DNA of 64,000 nucleotides from Nanobdellati archaeon (lineage in GTDB: Archaea; EX4484-52; GLR71). The notes under the pieces are model-generated. The model worked only from the letters and a program-made list of their open reading frames with translations. It did not search any database and was not told the origin of the DNA. The translations under genes were made by a program, and so were the position numbers. The number at the start of each line of letters is the position of its first letter. The stretch's first letter is position 1. This document shows positions 30,554 through 40,800 of this stretch, piece after piece. The stretch spans positions 79,924 through 143,923 of the forward strand of contig JAHYJR010000003.1 in assembly GCA_019429005.1 (NCBI GenBank). Reading direction: 5' to 3'.

Positions 30554-31303
30554 ATGAATAAAAAAGGACTTTTTATAACAGATCTTGATATGTCTGCAAT
30601 AAACATGCATTCTGTACTTAAACTTGCAATAGATACAATAGACTATTTCAAAAAAACAGATGACCCTAGATATGAATATGCAAAAGAGACATATAAACAA
30701 ATAATGCACTCAGATAAAAAAAGACAAGAAACAGGTGAAATAGATACAATCCTACATAATGGTAAAAGAATGAAAATACTTACAGAGAACATAATAGGAT
30801 TACCTGCAACATATCTTGATGCAATAAAAAAACAAGTAAATAACACAATCATGCCAGGTTTTGATAATGCAATCAATCATGCAAATAGTAAAGGATTAAA
30901 ATCACATATTATCACAATGAGTTTTGATTACTTTATTTCTGACATTGCAGACAAATGGTCTTCAAATTATTATGCAAATAAAATCAAACTCGATGAAACG
31001 CACCAAAATATAGAAAGCACAAATATTTTAGTTCAAGATGGGATATCTAAAGCAAATATAATCGACACACTTATACAAAATTATACAGATGAAACGGGAG
31101 AACTACCAGACATACACATCCATGGTGATGGTGAAAGTGATATGGATATGTTTAGAAAAGCTATAAAACTTAAAGAATTAGGAAAAATAGAACAATTATT
31201 CATATATGTGCCTATAAATGGAACAAAAGAAGCACTAGATATTGCAACAAACCCATATACCATAGGTGATATAGACACACACCTTATAAATAATACAAAA
31301 TAA
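30554..31303 (+). CDS. HAD-superfamily hydrolase (SerB-like)
   Basis: TDLD, IMPG, IITMS, GISK, GDGESD. Confidence 0.7.
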   Translation: MNKKGLFITDLDMSAINMHSVLKLAIDTIDYFKKTDDPRYEYAKETYKQIMHSDKKRQETGEIDTILHNGKRMKILTENIIGLPATYLDAIKKQVNNTIMPGFDNAINHANSKGLKSHIITMSFDYFISDIADKWSSNYYANKIKLDETHQNIESTNILVQDGISKANIIDTLIQNYTDETGELPDIHIHGDGESDMDMFRKAIKLKELGKIEQLFIYVPINGTKEALDIATNPYTIGDIDTHLINNTK

Positions 31304-31340
31304 TTTAAAAAATATGATTAATAACAATTAAAAAAACAGC

Positions 31341-31360
31341 TTTGTGTCAATTGACACAAA
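31341..31360. repeat. Perfect 20-bp palindrome between convergent genes
   Basis: tttgtgtcaattgacacaaa. Confidence 0.9.
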
Positions 31361-31423
31361 ATTAAAAATTAATTCTAAAAAACTGAAAAAGAATCAAACA
31401 AAATCATAAAATATAAATCAATT

Positions 31424-31966
31424 TTAATCTTCTGGTATAATAGTACTTTTGCCTTTAGCTTGAGGTATAACACGTATATTTGCACCACTAAATTCTTTCT
31501 CAAGCTGCTTACCTGAAAATATACGATCTAAAGTTAATGCAAGCGCACTCACTTCTGAATGCGGTGAATTACCAACAGCAACATTAAAATCTGCAAGATC
31601 ATACATCTCACCAGGAACTTTTTGTGAACCTATTACTATTAACATACTACCTTTTAACTTAATACTATCTTTAATTTTATCAATCACAGTCGGTAAATTA
31701 AGCCCATACATAGTTAAGTGAACAATCACTGAAGTATCAATATATGGTTTTATTGCTTTTTTCCAGTTTTTAATATATTCTACAGTAAAATCACCACCCC
31801 AACGAGAAGATGTTTTCTTAAGACTTTCAATAGTATTATCTTCCCTATCTCCTGTAATAATTATTTTAGATGCACCAAAAGACCGTGCAACAAGACCACA
31901 ATGTGTAGTAATTCGTGAATCTCTACCAATCCTATGTCCAAGACGCAAAACTGTTATATCAACCAT
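31424..31966 (-). CDS. trm56: tRNA (cytidine56-2'-O)-methyltransferase
   Basis: VLRLGHR..RD.RITTH, RWGG, HLTMYG, KVP, PHSEV. Confidence 0.95.
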   Translation of the reverse strand: MVDITVLRLGHRIGRDSRITTHCGLVARSFGASKIIITGDREDNTIESLKKTSSRWGGDFTVEYIKNWKKAIKPYIDTSVIVHLTMYGLNLPTVIDKIKDSIKLKGSMLIVIGSQKVPGEMYDLADFNVAVGNSPHSEVSALALTLDRIFSGKQLEKEFSGANIRVIPQAKGKSTIIPED

Positions 31967-32147
31967 ATTTATCAAATATTATAGTATATCCAAAATTATA
32001 TTATATCGATTATTATATTATATCCAAAATGATATTATATCTAAACTCATATTATATACAAAACTTTAAGTTTATGTGTATATTTACATCAAAAATACAA
32101 TCTACAATAAAAACAAGACACACCAACAATAATTTAAAGATTCCGTA

Positions 32148-32421
32148 ATACTTCAGTGAAGTAAAGTTCACTGAACAATTAATACATAACTTAATAAATT
32201 AATAATAAAACGCCATTATTTTTATAAAAATCAAATAAAGATCAAATAACAAACTATAAATTAAAAAAAATAAAATAAAAAAGATTTAAACATATTCAAA
32301 AAATCTTGAAAATTATTTTTTATAAAAATATAACAAAATAAGTAACAAAAATAAAAAAAGTAAACATAAAAACAGACACCCTTTCAAATAAATACAGTTC
32401 AGTCTTAATTCACTGAAGTAT
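32148..32421. repeat. 13-bp inverted repeats flanking an A-rich tract, with a third TTCASTGAA core
   Basis: atacttcagtgaa 32148-32160; ttcactgaa 32167-32175; ttcactgaagtat 32409-32421. Confidence 0.8.
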
Positions 32422-32563
32422 ATATAACCCAAACAACACAAATTAATACAAAATCAAAAACAAAATATAAAACAACAAAAGGGATAATACAACATATAAA
32501 ATCGATAACAATCAAATAAGTATCTATTTATAGATATACTCTACAACCCATAAAAATTCAAGA

Positions 32564-33490
32564 TTATTTACGTTCAAGAAGAACAACACGACTTGCTTCA
32601 CTTTCATTAGTAACTGAATAATTTAATAATTTTGCAAGTTTTTCTGCAAAATGTAAAACTTCACTATGAACAGGCATAGCATCATAATCTAAACGATGCT
32701 TAGAAAAACCAACCCACATATAGGCTTTAACCTCAACAAACTTTGGATTTACCTTCAATATCAATTTCACATAATTCTCAAAATCATCCATATTGAGTCC
32801 TTTTACAAGAGTAAGTCTAACTGCTTTTTTACCTTTGAATTTACTAAGAGTATTAATAGTCTTTTCAAACCGAGACCAATAATCCTTAAACATAGGAACA
32901 CAGGTTTTTTTATACAGCTCTTTTGTTGGTGCATCAATAGATAAATAAAATTGAGTCGGCCCACCCATATCACAGATTTTTTGAACAGTATCAGGAAATT
33001 GTCCATTTGTTACAAGAAATGTCGTAAACCCTCGCTTATTACAAACATCAATAAGACCCGCAATCTTAGGATATGCTGTAGGTTCCCCAGTTAATGATAT
33101 TGCAACATTTATAGGATCTTGTGCTTCTTCCCATTTAACCATATCAGTACCACTAAAACCCTTAAACCCCGTTATAAGAGACCTCTGCATACGAATTGCA
33201 CCATCAAGTATTTCTTCAGGATCATCAGAATCAGAACCCAATTCAGAAGCTTCAGTTTTATCAGTAGAACGCCAACAAAACACACATTTATTTGGGCACC
33301 AGGCCACAGCAGGTGTCATTTGCAAACAACGATGACTTTTGATACCATAAAATTTTTCTTTATAACAAACACTGTCACCACGAAGACTTTTCTTTAACCA
33401 AGTACATAACTTTACAGCCGAATGATTACCTACAATACGATATTGCTGTTTTTCAAGAAGTAATTTATAATTATCATCAAGTTTTACCAT
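32564..33490 (-). CDS. taw1: 4-demethylwyosine synthase Taw1/TYW1 (radical SAM)
   Basis: HSAVKLC.W, CYKEKFYGI.SHRC.QMTP, CPNKCVFCWR, EVKAY. Confidence 0.95.
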   Translation of the reverse strand: MVKLDDNYKLLLEKQQYRIVGNHSAVKLCTWLKKSLRGDSVCYKEKFYGIKSHRCLQMTPAVAWCPNKCVFCWRSTDKTEASELGSDSDDPEEILDGAIRMQRSLITGFKGFSGTDMVKWEEAQDPINVAISLTGEPTAYPKIAGLIDVCNKRGFTTFLVTNGQFPDTVQKICDMGGPTQFYLSIDAPTKELYKKTCVPMFKDYWSRFEKTINTLSKFKGKKAVRLTLVKGLNMDDFENYVKLILKVNPKFVEVKAYMWVGFSKHRLDYDAMPVHSEVLHFAEKLAKLLNYSVTNESEASRVVLLERK

Positions 33491-33542
33491 AATAACTATT
33501 AGAATAAACAAATTTTATTAAATAATAAGTCTAAAAAAACAT

Positions 33543-35222
33543 TCATTCAATATAATCTAAAAGGGATTTAAACACAACAGGATCATCAATAAGTACTTCA
33601 AGATCCATTTTACTTAAAGGCCGATTATCTACGATAGTTAAAGCACGTTTTGGTCCAATTCCAGGAACAAATTCAAGACATTTTTTAGAACAATTATTAA
33701 TATCAAGAGGATAAGGCACACAAGTTATAGACCTATAACCCCACCCAACAACTTTTGCATCAAACATACCTTTGTTTATAACGCAAGGAATTCCAACAAG
33801 AATTGGATAAGATCCAGATTGCCTTGCAAAAGCAATATCTTTATCTTGAAATTCAAATTTAAGATTTGTAAGCAAAACACCTTTAGGCACTAGTCGTTCT
33901 AATATCACACGATCTATCTCAGTACGCACTTTATATTTATAATGAGTAAAGTAACGATGATGTTTACGCACTAACTTATCACCTAAAGATTCCATACGCG
34001 TACCTGGAAAAACTGCAACCTGCCTAAGATTAATTCTGCGAACAAGAAGACCCTCATCAAGAAGAGATTTAAGAAACGCAAAATTAAGTTGAAATGTCTT
34101 TTTAGTCTCACCAAAAAGCCCAAAAACAAAATTAATTCCAGGGAGAAGCATAGGCATACCGTTATTACCACGAACAGCACCAACTTTATTTAAAAGCCGC
34201 ACTGCAAAAAGAACCTCATCAGGTGTAGTATTAAGATTATTTGCCAAAATCACAACAGGATCAGCACTTTCCATACCAAAAGCAGCAACATTACCAGGTG
34301 TACAATATTTAACAAGTGTTTTTGCTATTTTTTCGCATTCGACTGGATATTTTGCGATAACGTGAGGATTCGCATTATCTATATGAAGTGTTTTTAGTTC
34401 GGGTGCAACTTTACATATACCCGAAAACAACAATTCTATAGATTCAGGATTAGGAACACTATCTTTTGACATATATGAAAAGATACATGGTTGTCTACCT
34501 AAACGAAAATGCCTAGCTCCAAAGGAATAAAGAGCTTGAACCTCATCAATTATATCTTTCTCTAACCTAAACTTAGATTTACCAAAACGCAACGGCTCAG
34601 TACAAAATGAACAAAACGAATCACGACCACAACCACGATACGACTCTAACTCACACATTAACAAACTATCAAAATCAGGATGCTGTGTTATAATTTCAGC
34701 ACCAAGTATTGCAAAATCACGTAAAAGTTTGTAATCACGCAATTTTGTAACATCTAAAGATTCAGCAGAACCGCCCGATTTAAGATAACTATAAATAAAA
34801 AGTTCAATATCTCCAGAAACAACAAAATCAAAGACAGATTTAAGTTTTTCAAGTTCAGTATTCTTTATTACAGAACCGCCACAAGCAGATGTCCCTGAAG
34901 CTGCAACCGGACCACCTAGAAACTTTAAGCATTTAAGAGGTACAAAATAAGTAACAATTTCTTCAAAAGAAATAGGTGTACCTGCAATATACTTACCAGG
35001 CGTATGAACTCCTGCTATTGCAATAACAATATCAGCCTTATACAATAGAGCAGATTTATCATTTTGAGAACGCACATCATCAATTGTCAAATAATTAATT
35101 TCTTCAGATATACCTAAAACTTTACGTATAGCACCAAAAACATATCTCGGATAGGTACCAATGTAGGGTGGCACACCAAGACCTGCAGGTTCATCTGTAT
35201 ATCCATCAAAAATGACAATCAT
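33543..35222 (-). CDS. Radical SAM protein with C-terminal HhH (COG1031-like)
   Basis: DGYTDEPAGLGVPPY, RGC....CSFC, RHFRLGRQP, RRINLRQV, PGIG.KRA. Confidence 0.88.
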   Translation of the reverse strand: MIVIFDGYTDEPAGLGVPPYIGTYPRYVFGAIRKVLGISEEINYLTIDDVRSQNDKSALLYKADIVIAIAGVHTPGKYIAGTPISFEEIVTYFVPLKCLKFLGGPVAASGTSACGGSVIKNTELEKLKSVFDFVVSGDIELFIYSYLKSGGSAESLDVTKLRDYKLLRDFAILGAEIITQHPDFDSLLMCELESYRGCGRDSFCSFCTEPLRFGKSKFRLEKDIIDEVQALYSFGARHFRLGRQPCIFSYMSKDSVPNPESIELLFSGICKVAPELKTLHIDNANPHVIAKYPVECEKIAKTLVKYCTPGNVAAFGMESADPVVILANNLNTTPDEVLFAVRLLNKVGAVRGNNGMPMLLPGINFVFGLFGETKKTFQLNFAFLKSLLDEGLLVRRINLRQVAVFPGTRMESLGDKLVRKHHRYFTHYKYKVRTEIDRVILERLVPKGVLLTNLKFEFQDKDIAFARQSGSYPILVGIPCVINKGMFDAKVVGWGYRSITCVPYPLDINNCSKKCLEFVPGIGPKRALTIVDNRPLSKMDLEVLIDDPVVFKSLLDYIE

Positions 35223-35244
35223 ACTAATGTTTAAGTAAGTTAAT

Positions 35245-35312
35245 TTTAAAAACAATAAGACAAATTTAAAAACAATAAGACAAATTTAAAAACAATAAGA
35301 CAAATTTAAAAA
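35245..35312. repeat. Tandem repeat, ~3.4 x 20 bp, over the radical SAM gene promoter region
   Basis: tttaaaaacaataagacaaa at 35245, 35265, 35285 plus partial copy. Confidence 0.92.
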
Positions 35313-35389
35313 TAATTTAAAAATAAAAAAAGATTCAAAAACCTTTAAAATACCTTTAAAAATTAGTCTCAACTCTCACATTTAAAAGC

Positions 35390-36298
35390 CTATTTTATCT
35401 CAAGAGTTAAAAAATCGTATGCAAGCAGAGTATTCTTAAACACAGAAGTTGCATCCTTAAGAAGTTCTAATAAAGTATCATCACCCTCATTCTGATACCT
35501 CCTACTTATATGCGTAAGAATAAGTTGTTTCACACCTGCAAGCTTTGCAACATTTGCAGCATCGAGAGATGTGGAATGTCCTCGCTCATCAACATGTTCC
35601 ATATTTGATGAAAATGTCGCATCATGTATAAGAAGATCTGCACTTTCAGAATATTTTATTACGTTACGACTATACCTAGTATCACCAGTATATACAACTT
35701 TACGACCAGGAATCTCAACAACTATATCTTCAGGACGAATAACTTCACCCTTAAACTTTATTGTCTTACCAGACTTAAGTTCCCCTACAATAGGACTTGT
35801 TTCAAGTCCCAGAGCTTTTGCTTTATCCATATCTGCTTTTTTCCGTAAATCCTCACAAAGTGAATACCCAAGAGATGGAATGCCATGAAGTGTCTTAAAA
35901 GCTATTATCTCATAACCATCACACCTAACAACATCAGCATCCTTAAGCTCAATTGCTTCAACTTCAAAACCCCTATAATAATAACCAATATTCAAAAATT
36001 GTTCTAAAAACTTTTTTGTTCCCTCTGGACCATATACCAAAAGTTTCTTTTTTCGACCCTCAAGAGACATTGTCTGCACAAGACCAAGGATACCCGCAAA
36101 ATGATCAGCATGCCAATGTGTAATAAAAATCTTATCAATTTTCATAAATTTAAGATTCTTATCCATAAGCTGTCTTTGAGTACCTTCACCACAATCAAAA
36201 AGAATCCGATCACCTTTGAACATAACAAAGACAGATGGTAAATTTCTTTCACGTGTTGGTATACTTGCAGTTGTTCCAAGAAATGTAACTGTAATCAT
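35390..36298 (-). CDS. rnz: Ribonuclease Z
   Basis: FLGT...PT.ERN, DCGEGTQ, THWHADH, GDT, HDAT, HST, THIS.RY. Confidence 0.95.
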   Translation of the reverse strand: MITVTFLGTTASIPTRERNLPSVFVMFKGDRILFDCGEGTQRQLMDKNLKFMKIDKIFITHWHADHFAGILGLVQTMSLEGRKKKLLVYGPEGTKKFLEQFLNIGYYYRGFEVEAIELKDADVVRCDGYEIIAFKTLHGIPSLGYSLCEDLRKKADMDKAKALGLETSPIVGELKSGKTIKFKGEVIRPEDIVVEIPGRKVVYTGDTRYSRNVIKYSESADLLIHDATFSSNMEHVDERGHSTSLDAANVAKLAGVKQLILTHISRRYQNEGDDTLLELLKDATSVFKNTLLAYDFLTLEIK

Positions 36299-36390
36299 AA
36301 TAATATTTTAACACCAAATCTTTTATTTTAATAAGCAAACTCTCACATTTTAACAATCATTTTAAAAAAATAAATATATATAATACAAAA

Positions 36391-36840
36391 ATGGTAAAAT
36401 ACCCACTAGCAGTAAAAAATAAAATCCCAAACCCTGAAGAACAAGATGAATTTGATGAGTCTTGGGAAGCTGTATATAGACTTTTGGGTGTTGGAAATTC
36501 ATTTGATACAGAAAACCACAAAATGCATACATTACCAACAACAAACACAAATACAAAATTCATCAACTACCTTGACACACAGACAGATACAATAACAAAC
36601 ATAAAAGAAGACCTTGAATCAATGAACATCTTTGGCTATGAAAGTCAAGATAAAACATACCTTGAAAAACTTGTAAAAGATATTTCTGAAAATCTAGAAT
36701 ATGGCGAAATCAACAAAAAACAAATTGAAGACGCAAAAAATCTTAGAGACTCACTCAAACAAGAATACATAACATGGCAAAATAACAATTCACGCAAAGA
36801 TTTGCACGAAGAAACAAAGGAATGGTATAAAATACGATAA
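36391..36840 (+). CDS. Hypothetical acidic helical protein
   Basis: 149-aa ORF with plus-strand-like codon usage. Confidence 0.65.
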   Translation: MVKYPLAVKNKIPNPEEQDEFDESWEAVYRLLGVGNSFDTENHKMHTLPTTNTNTKFINYLDTQTDTITNIKEDLESMNIFGYESQDKTYLEKLVKDISENLEYGEINKKQIEDAKNLRDSLKQEYITWQNNNSRKDLHEETKEWYKIR

Positions 36841-36921
36841 AACATCAAAAAAAGCAAACAAATTAATTAAACAGCTAATTCTCCGAAAAATACAAAAAAC
36901 AATCTAAAGTACACTTTACCC

Positions 36922-37914
36922 TTATACCAACTTAAAAAGATAAATGTATTTTGTAAGATTTTTATGTATGTAACTCTCACATTTTCTAACCAATTTTAAA
37001 AAATGAGGTATTTCTATATCGCCCACATTGGTTGATACAGCAGCATAACATCCAATTTTAAGCATATTAGGAATCAATAACAAAAATTGTTGCATAAAAT
37101 CTTTAGGTGTGACATCAAGTTTTGTATTTCGACCATAAGGCAAATCTGTAACAATACAATCAAACTTATCCTTAAAAGACTTAGATGCAATAAAAGAATC
37201 CGCACATAAAATATTATGCTCCAAAATACCATAATGTTTAAGATTAGCTATTGTACCTTCAACCATTACCCTATCAAGATCAATTCCAGTAATTTTTGCA
37301 CCAATAAGAGCTGACTCAATCAAAAGCCCACCTGTACCTACAAAAGGATCAATAACAGATTTACCCGAAGAAACTCTTGCAATGTTACACATAGCTTTTG
37401 CAACTTTAGGCTTCAAAGACACAGGATGAAAAAAGGGACGTTTAACAGGCATTCTTTCTGAAAATGACGACACTCCAAATTCTTTGATAAGTATACCAAA
37501 AATCTGTTCACTACCAAAAAGATAAACACGGAAACTAGTCTTTGGATCCTTAAGATTAAACTTATACCCTAAGTTAAACAAAAATGCACCCATCTTCTTT
37601 TCAATAACACTTCTATCTTGATTTTGTTCGGGATTTATTCTTGTAACTCTCACATTTACAGGTGATTTTATTAGATGTTGATACATATTAAAATCAACAA
37701 CATCAAGACCATTCATACCCCCTATACACAGACCAACCTCTCTAGTATGTGACAAGTCAGTAAAATCAATGTTTTCAGCTATAGATTCAATAATAATTGC
37801 ATTATCTAAATCCTGCTTAACAGAATACGATATATTTTGCACCTCAAGGCGTGAAAAAAGATCTTCTTTCGCAAGACAAAGATTATCTTTTGAAAAAACA
37901 ATAATATACTCCAT
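36922..37914 (-). CDS. tRNA m2G10 methyltransferase (Trm11/TrmG10-like)
   Basis: RPFFHP.SL.P..A..M.N, DPFVGTGG, TDLPYGR, YIHKNLT. Confidence 0.88.
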   Translation of the reverse strand: MEYIIVFSKDNLCLAKEDLFSRLEVQNISYSVKQDLDNAIIIESIAENIDFTDLSHTREVGLCIGGMNGLDVVDFNMYQHLIKSPVNVRVTRINPEQNQDRSVIEKKMGAFLFNLGYKFNLKDPKTSFRVYLFGSEQIFGILIKEFGVSSFSERMPVKRPFFHPVSLKPKVAKAMCNIARVSSGKSVIDPFVGTGGLLIESALIGAKITGIDLDRVMVEGTIANLKHYGILEHNILCADSFIASKSFKDKFDCIVTDLPYGRNTKLDVTPKDFMQQFLLLIPNMLKIGCYAAVSTNVGDIEIPHFLKLVRKCESYIHKNLTKYIYLFKLV

Positions 37915-38159
37915 ATTTAACCCAGTTCAATACTTTAAAACGTAATTTTATTATATTTACTGCATTTTTAACACTTTTTAGTTATTTTTTAAGATTTTTA
38001 CAAACATTATCATATTTTAAATTTTCGGCATAACACACAATAAATCTATAGCTATATATCAATATAAAATTATACTTAATATACACAGATATTTAATATA
38101 TTTTTATAAATTTATGAAAGTATAAGATAATACAAATATACAATAATATATTTAGATAT

Positions 38160-38215
38160 TTATACAATTATACAATTATACAATTATACAATTATACAAT
38201 TATACAATTATACAA
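38160..38215. repeat. Tandem repeat, 7 x 8 bp
   Basis: (ttatacaa)7. Confidence 0.93.
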
Positions 38216-38555
38216 ATATAAACAAAACACAATACATAACTATACACTTATAATAAAATATAATTACAAAATAATTATAATACATAATAATAAATTAATA
38301 CTAATATATTATCATAAAACAATAATCAAAGATAAGTATAAAAGCATATTAAAAAACGAAAGAGATAAATAGATTAGATTAATTTAAATATAGGCACTAG
38401 GCACTTTAAAAATTTAAAAAAATAAAAAATAAAAAATAAAAAATAAAATTCAACTAAATGAAAACTAAAAATAAAAATAATACAAAATTCATGCTTAGAC
38501 ACTAGTAACCAAAAAATAAAAACGATAAATTAAAAACAAAAATTATTAGCAATTT

Positions 38556-39803
38556 CTATTTTTTTATTCTTATATCTGCTGCATTTTTATGTCCTTTAAG
38601 TCCTTCAAGATCAGCCATTCGGGATGCAATTTTACCTAAAGCAATACAACTATTTTTATCAATCTCTTGATAAGTTAAAATTTTAATAAAATCTTTAACA
38701 GATAATCCTCCAGTATATTTTGAAGCACCATTAGTTGGTAATGTATGATTAGTCCCACTACAATAATCACCAAATACTTCTGCAGAATAATTTCCAATAA
38801 ACAAAGATCCATAATTAGTCAATTCAGAAATTAACTGTTCCTTATCTTTAACTTGTATTTCTAAATGTTCTGGTGCTCTTCTATTAGCGATTTTAATTGC
38901 TTCAGTCAAATTATTAACAAGAACAATTTTACCATTATTCAAAGCGATTTTTGCAACATCTTTAGTTGATAATTTTTCCAATTGAATTTTTAACTCATTA
39001 TTAACTTCTTCTGCTAGTTCTTTAGAAGTTGTCAATAAATCACATCTTGCATTTGGATCGTGTTCTGCTTGAGCCAATAAATCTGCTGCAATAAATTCCG
39101 GATTACCCGTTTCATCTGCAATAATCAAAACTTCGCTTGGACCAGCAATAAAATCAATACCTACAAAACCATAAACTTCTTTTTTTGCAACAGCAACAAA
39201 TTCATTTCCCGGTCCAACTATTTTATTTACTTTAGGTACTAATTTTGTACCATAAGCCATAGCTCCTATAGCTTGAATTCCACCAATATTAAATATTTTA
39301 TCCGCACCAGCAATATCTGCTGCAACAATAGTTATAGAATCAATTTTAGGTGAACATACGATTATTTCTTTTACGCCAGCAACTTTTGCAGGAATCACAC
39401 TCATCAAAGCTGAAGAAGGTAAAGGATATCTTCCCCCTGGAACATAACAACCCACTTTTTCTATTGGAATTATTTTTTGTCCAAGTATAACTCCGTCTTT
39501 TTTAATTTCGAAATTTTTAAATGTTTTAAATTGTTCTTTTGCAAAAAATGTTATATTTTTGGCAGCTTCCTTAAGAATTGAAACATCTTCTGAATTAACT
39601 TTTTTATATGCATCTTCAATTTGTTTTTTTGTAATTAAAGTATTTTCTAAATCTAAATTATCAAACTTCTTTGTGTATTTATTAACGGCTTTATCTCCAT
39701 CTGTTTTAACTTCATTTAATATTTGATTTACAACTTCAATTTTTTCTAGTTCTAGATATTCATAATATTTATTTGTTAAATCATTAGAATTTATTATCTC
39801 CAT
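38556..39803 (-). CDS. hisD: Histidinol dehydrogenase
   Basis: GCYVPGG, GPGN.FV..AK, AGPSE, QAEHD, APEHL, GDY.SGTNHTLPT. Confidence 0.93.
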   Translation of the reverse strand: MEIINSNDLTNKYYEYLELEKIEVVNQILNEVKTDGDKAVNKYTKKFDNLDLENTLITKKQIEDAYKKVNSEDVSILKEAAKNITFFAKEQFKTFKNFEIKKDGVILGQKIIPIEKVGCYVPGGRYPLPSSALMSVIPAKVAGVKEIIVCSPKIDSITIVAADIAGADKIFNIGGIQAIGAMAYGTKLVPKVNKIVGPGNEFVAVAKKEVYGFVGIDFIAGPSEVLIIADETGNPEFIAADLLAQAEHDPNARCDLLTTSKELAEEVNNELKIQLEKLSTKDVAKIALNNGKIVLVNNLTEAIKIANRRAPEHLEIQVKDKEQLISELTNYGSLFIGNYSAEVFGDYCSGTNHTLPTNGASKYTGGLSVKDFIKILTYQEIDKNSCIALGKIASRMADLEGLKGHKNAADIRIKK

Positions 39804-39903
39804 AGTATTACATTACATTATTGTTATATATAAATCCTTTTATAGAGAATTTCAAAACTATAATTACATATAACAACCTTTAAACAACAAAAATAATAAC
39901 ATC

Positions 39904-40698
39904 TCATACAGATTTAATCCAACTCTTAAACAGCAAAGCATCTTGTTCAATAAGGGGACTTTCAGAAATGATTGTAACATTATACTGATTTTCATTAAGA
40001 ATTTCTGCCAAAAGCCTAAAGTCTGGCTCACTTGAAGACAATGGAAGATGATGCTTTTCGTTACCATTCTCATATTTTATACCAGTCATATGACAATGCA
40101 ACTGCTTTACACCTATTTTATCAAACTTGTCAAGAATTACCTTAAAATCCTCTTTAGTTTTCAATCCACCATTACCCCTTGCATGTACATGCGCAAAATC
40201 TATAACAGGCGCAACATTTTCACAATCTTCAGTTAATTTTACAATTTCATTAACCGTACCAAACTGTTTCTGACGACCCATCGTCTCAATACCAAGTTTA
40301 GCTTTACTTTCAAATTGACAACATGCATCCTTTATCATTTTATAAACATCTTGTGCAGGTCGCTCCATATAAAAACCAGCATGAACAACAACAATTTTAG
40401 CACCGCAAATATCTGCAATGTTTAATGTTTCAGCTATAAGATTTTTACTATTTTCAATAACTTTTGGATTTTTTGATGCAAGATTAATAAAATATGGTGC
40501 ATGGCACGACAGAGAAACATCAAATTTGCGCGCAACTTTACCTACTTCTCGTGCAGATTCCTCTGTAAGATAAATACGTTTGACAAACTCTAATTCAAGT
40601 GCAGACAAACCTAACTTTGACACGCAATCTATTGCATCAGCGGTTTTCTTTCCCTTACAAATAAGCGGAATCCCTGCAGAACCAATACGAATTCTCAT
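39904..40698 (-). CDS. nfo: Endonuclease IV / AP endonuclease family 2
   Basis: GSAGIP, HAPYFINL, VHAGFY, ETMG..QFG, DFAH.HAR, EKHH, ISESP. Confidence 0.9.
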   Translation of the reverse strand: MRIRIGSAGIPLICKGKKTADAIDCVSKLGLSALELEFVKRIYLTEESAREVGKVARKFDVSLSCHAPYFINLASKNPKVIENSKNLIAETLNIADICGAKIVVVHAGFYMERPAQDVYKMIKDACCQFESKAKLGIETMGRQKQFGTVNEIVKLTEDCENVAPVIDFAHVHARGNGGLKTKEDFKVILDKFDKIGVKQLHCHMTGIKYENGNEKHHLPLSSSEPDFRLLAEILNENQYNVTIISESPLIEQDALLFKSWIKSV

Positions 40699-40800
40699 AG
40701 CTTATTATTAGGTTTTAGGTTATATATTTCTTGAGAAATATTACAAAACTTATACTAAACAAAACCAACCTTTTTAAATTTAATTCTATGTACACAGATT

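Noticed and set aside
30425-32250. Similar ~35-nt AT-rich segments near 30430 and 32210
   Set aside because: Low-complexity TATA-like sequence; cannot be distinguished from background
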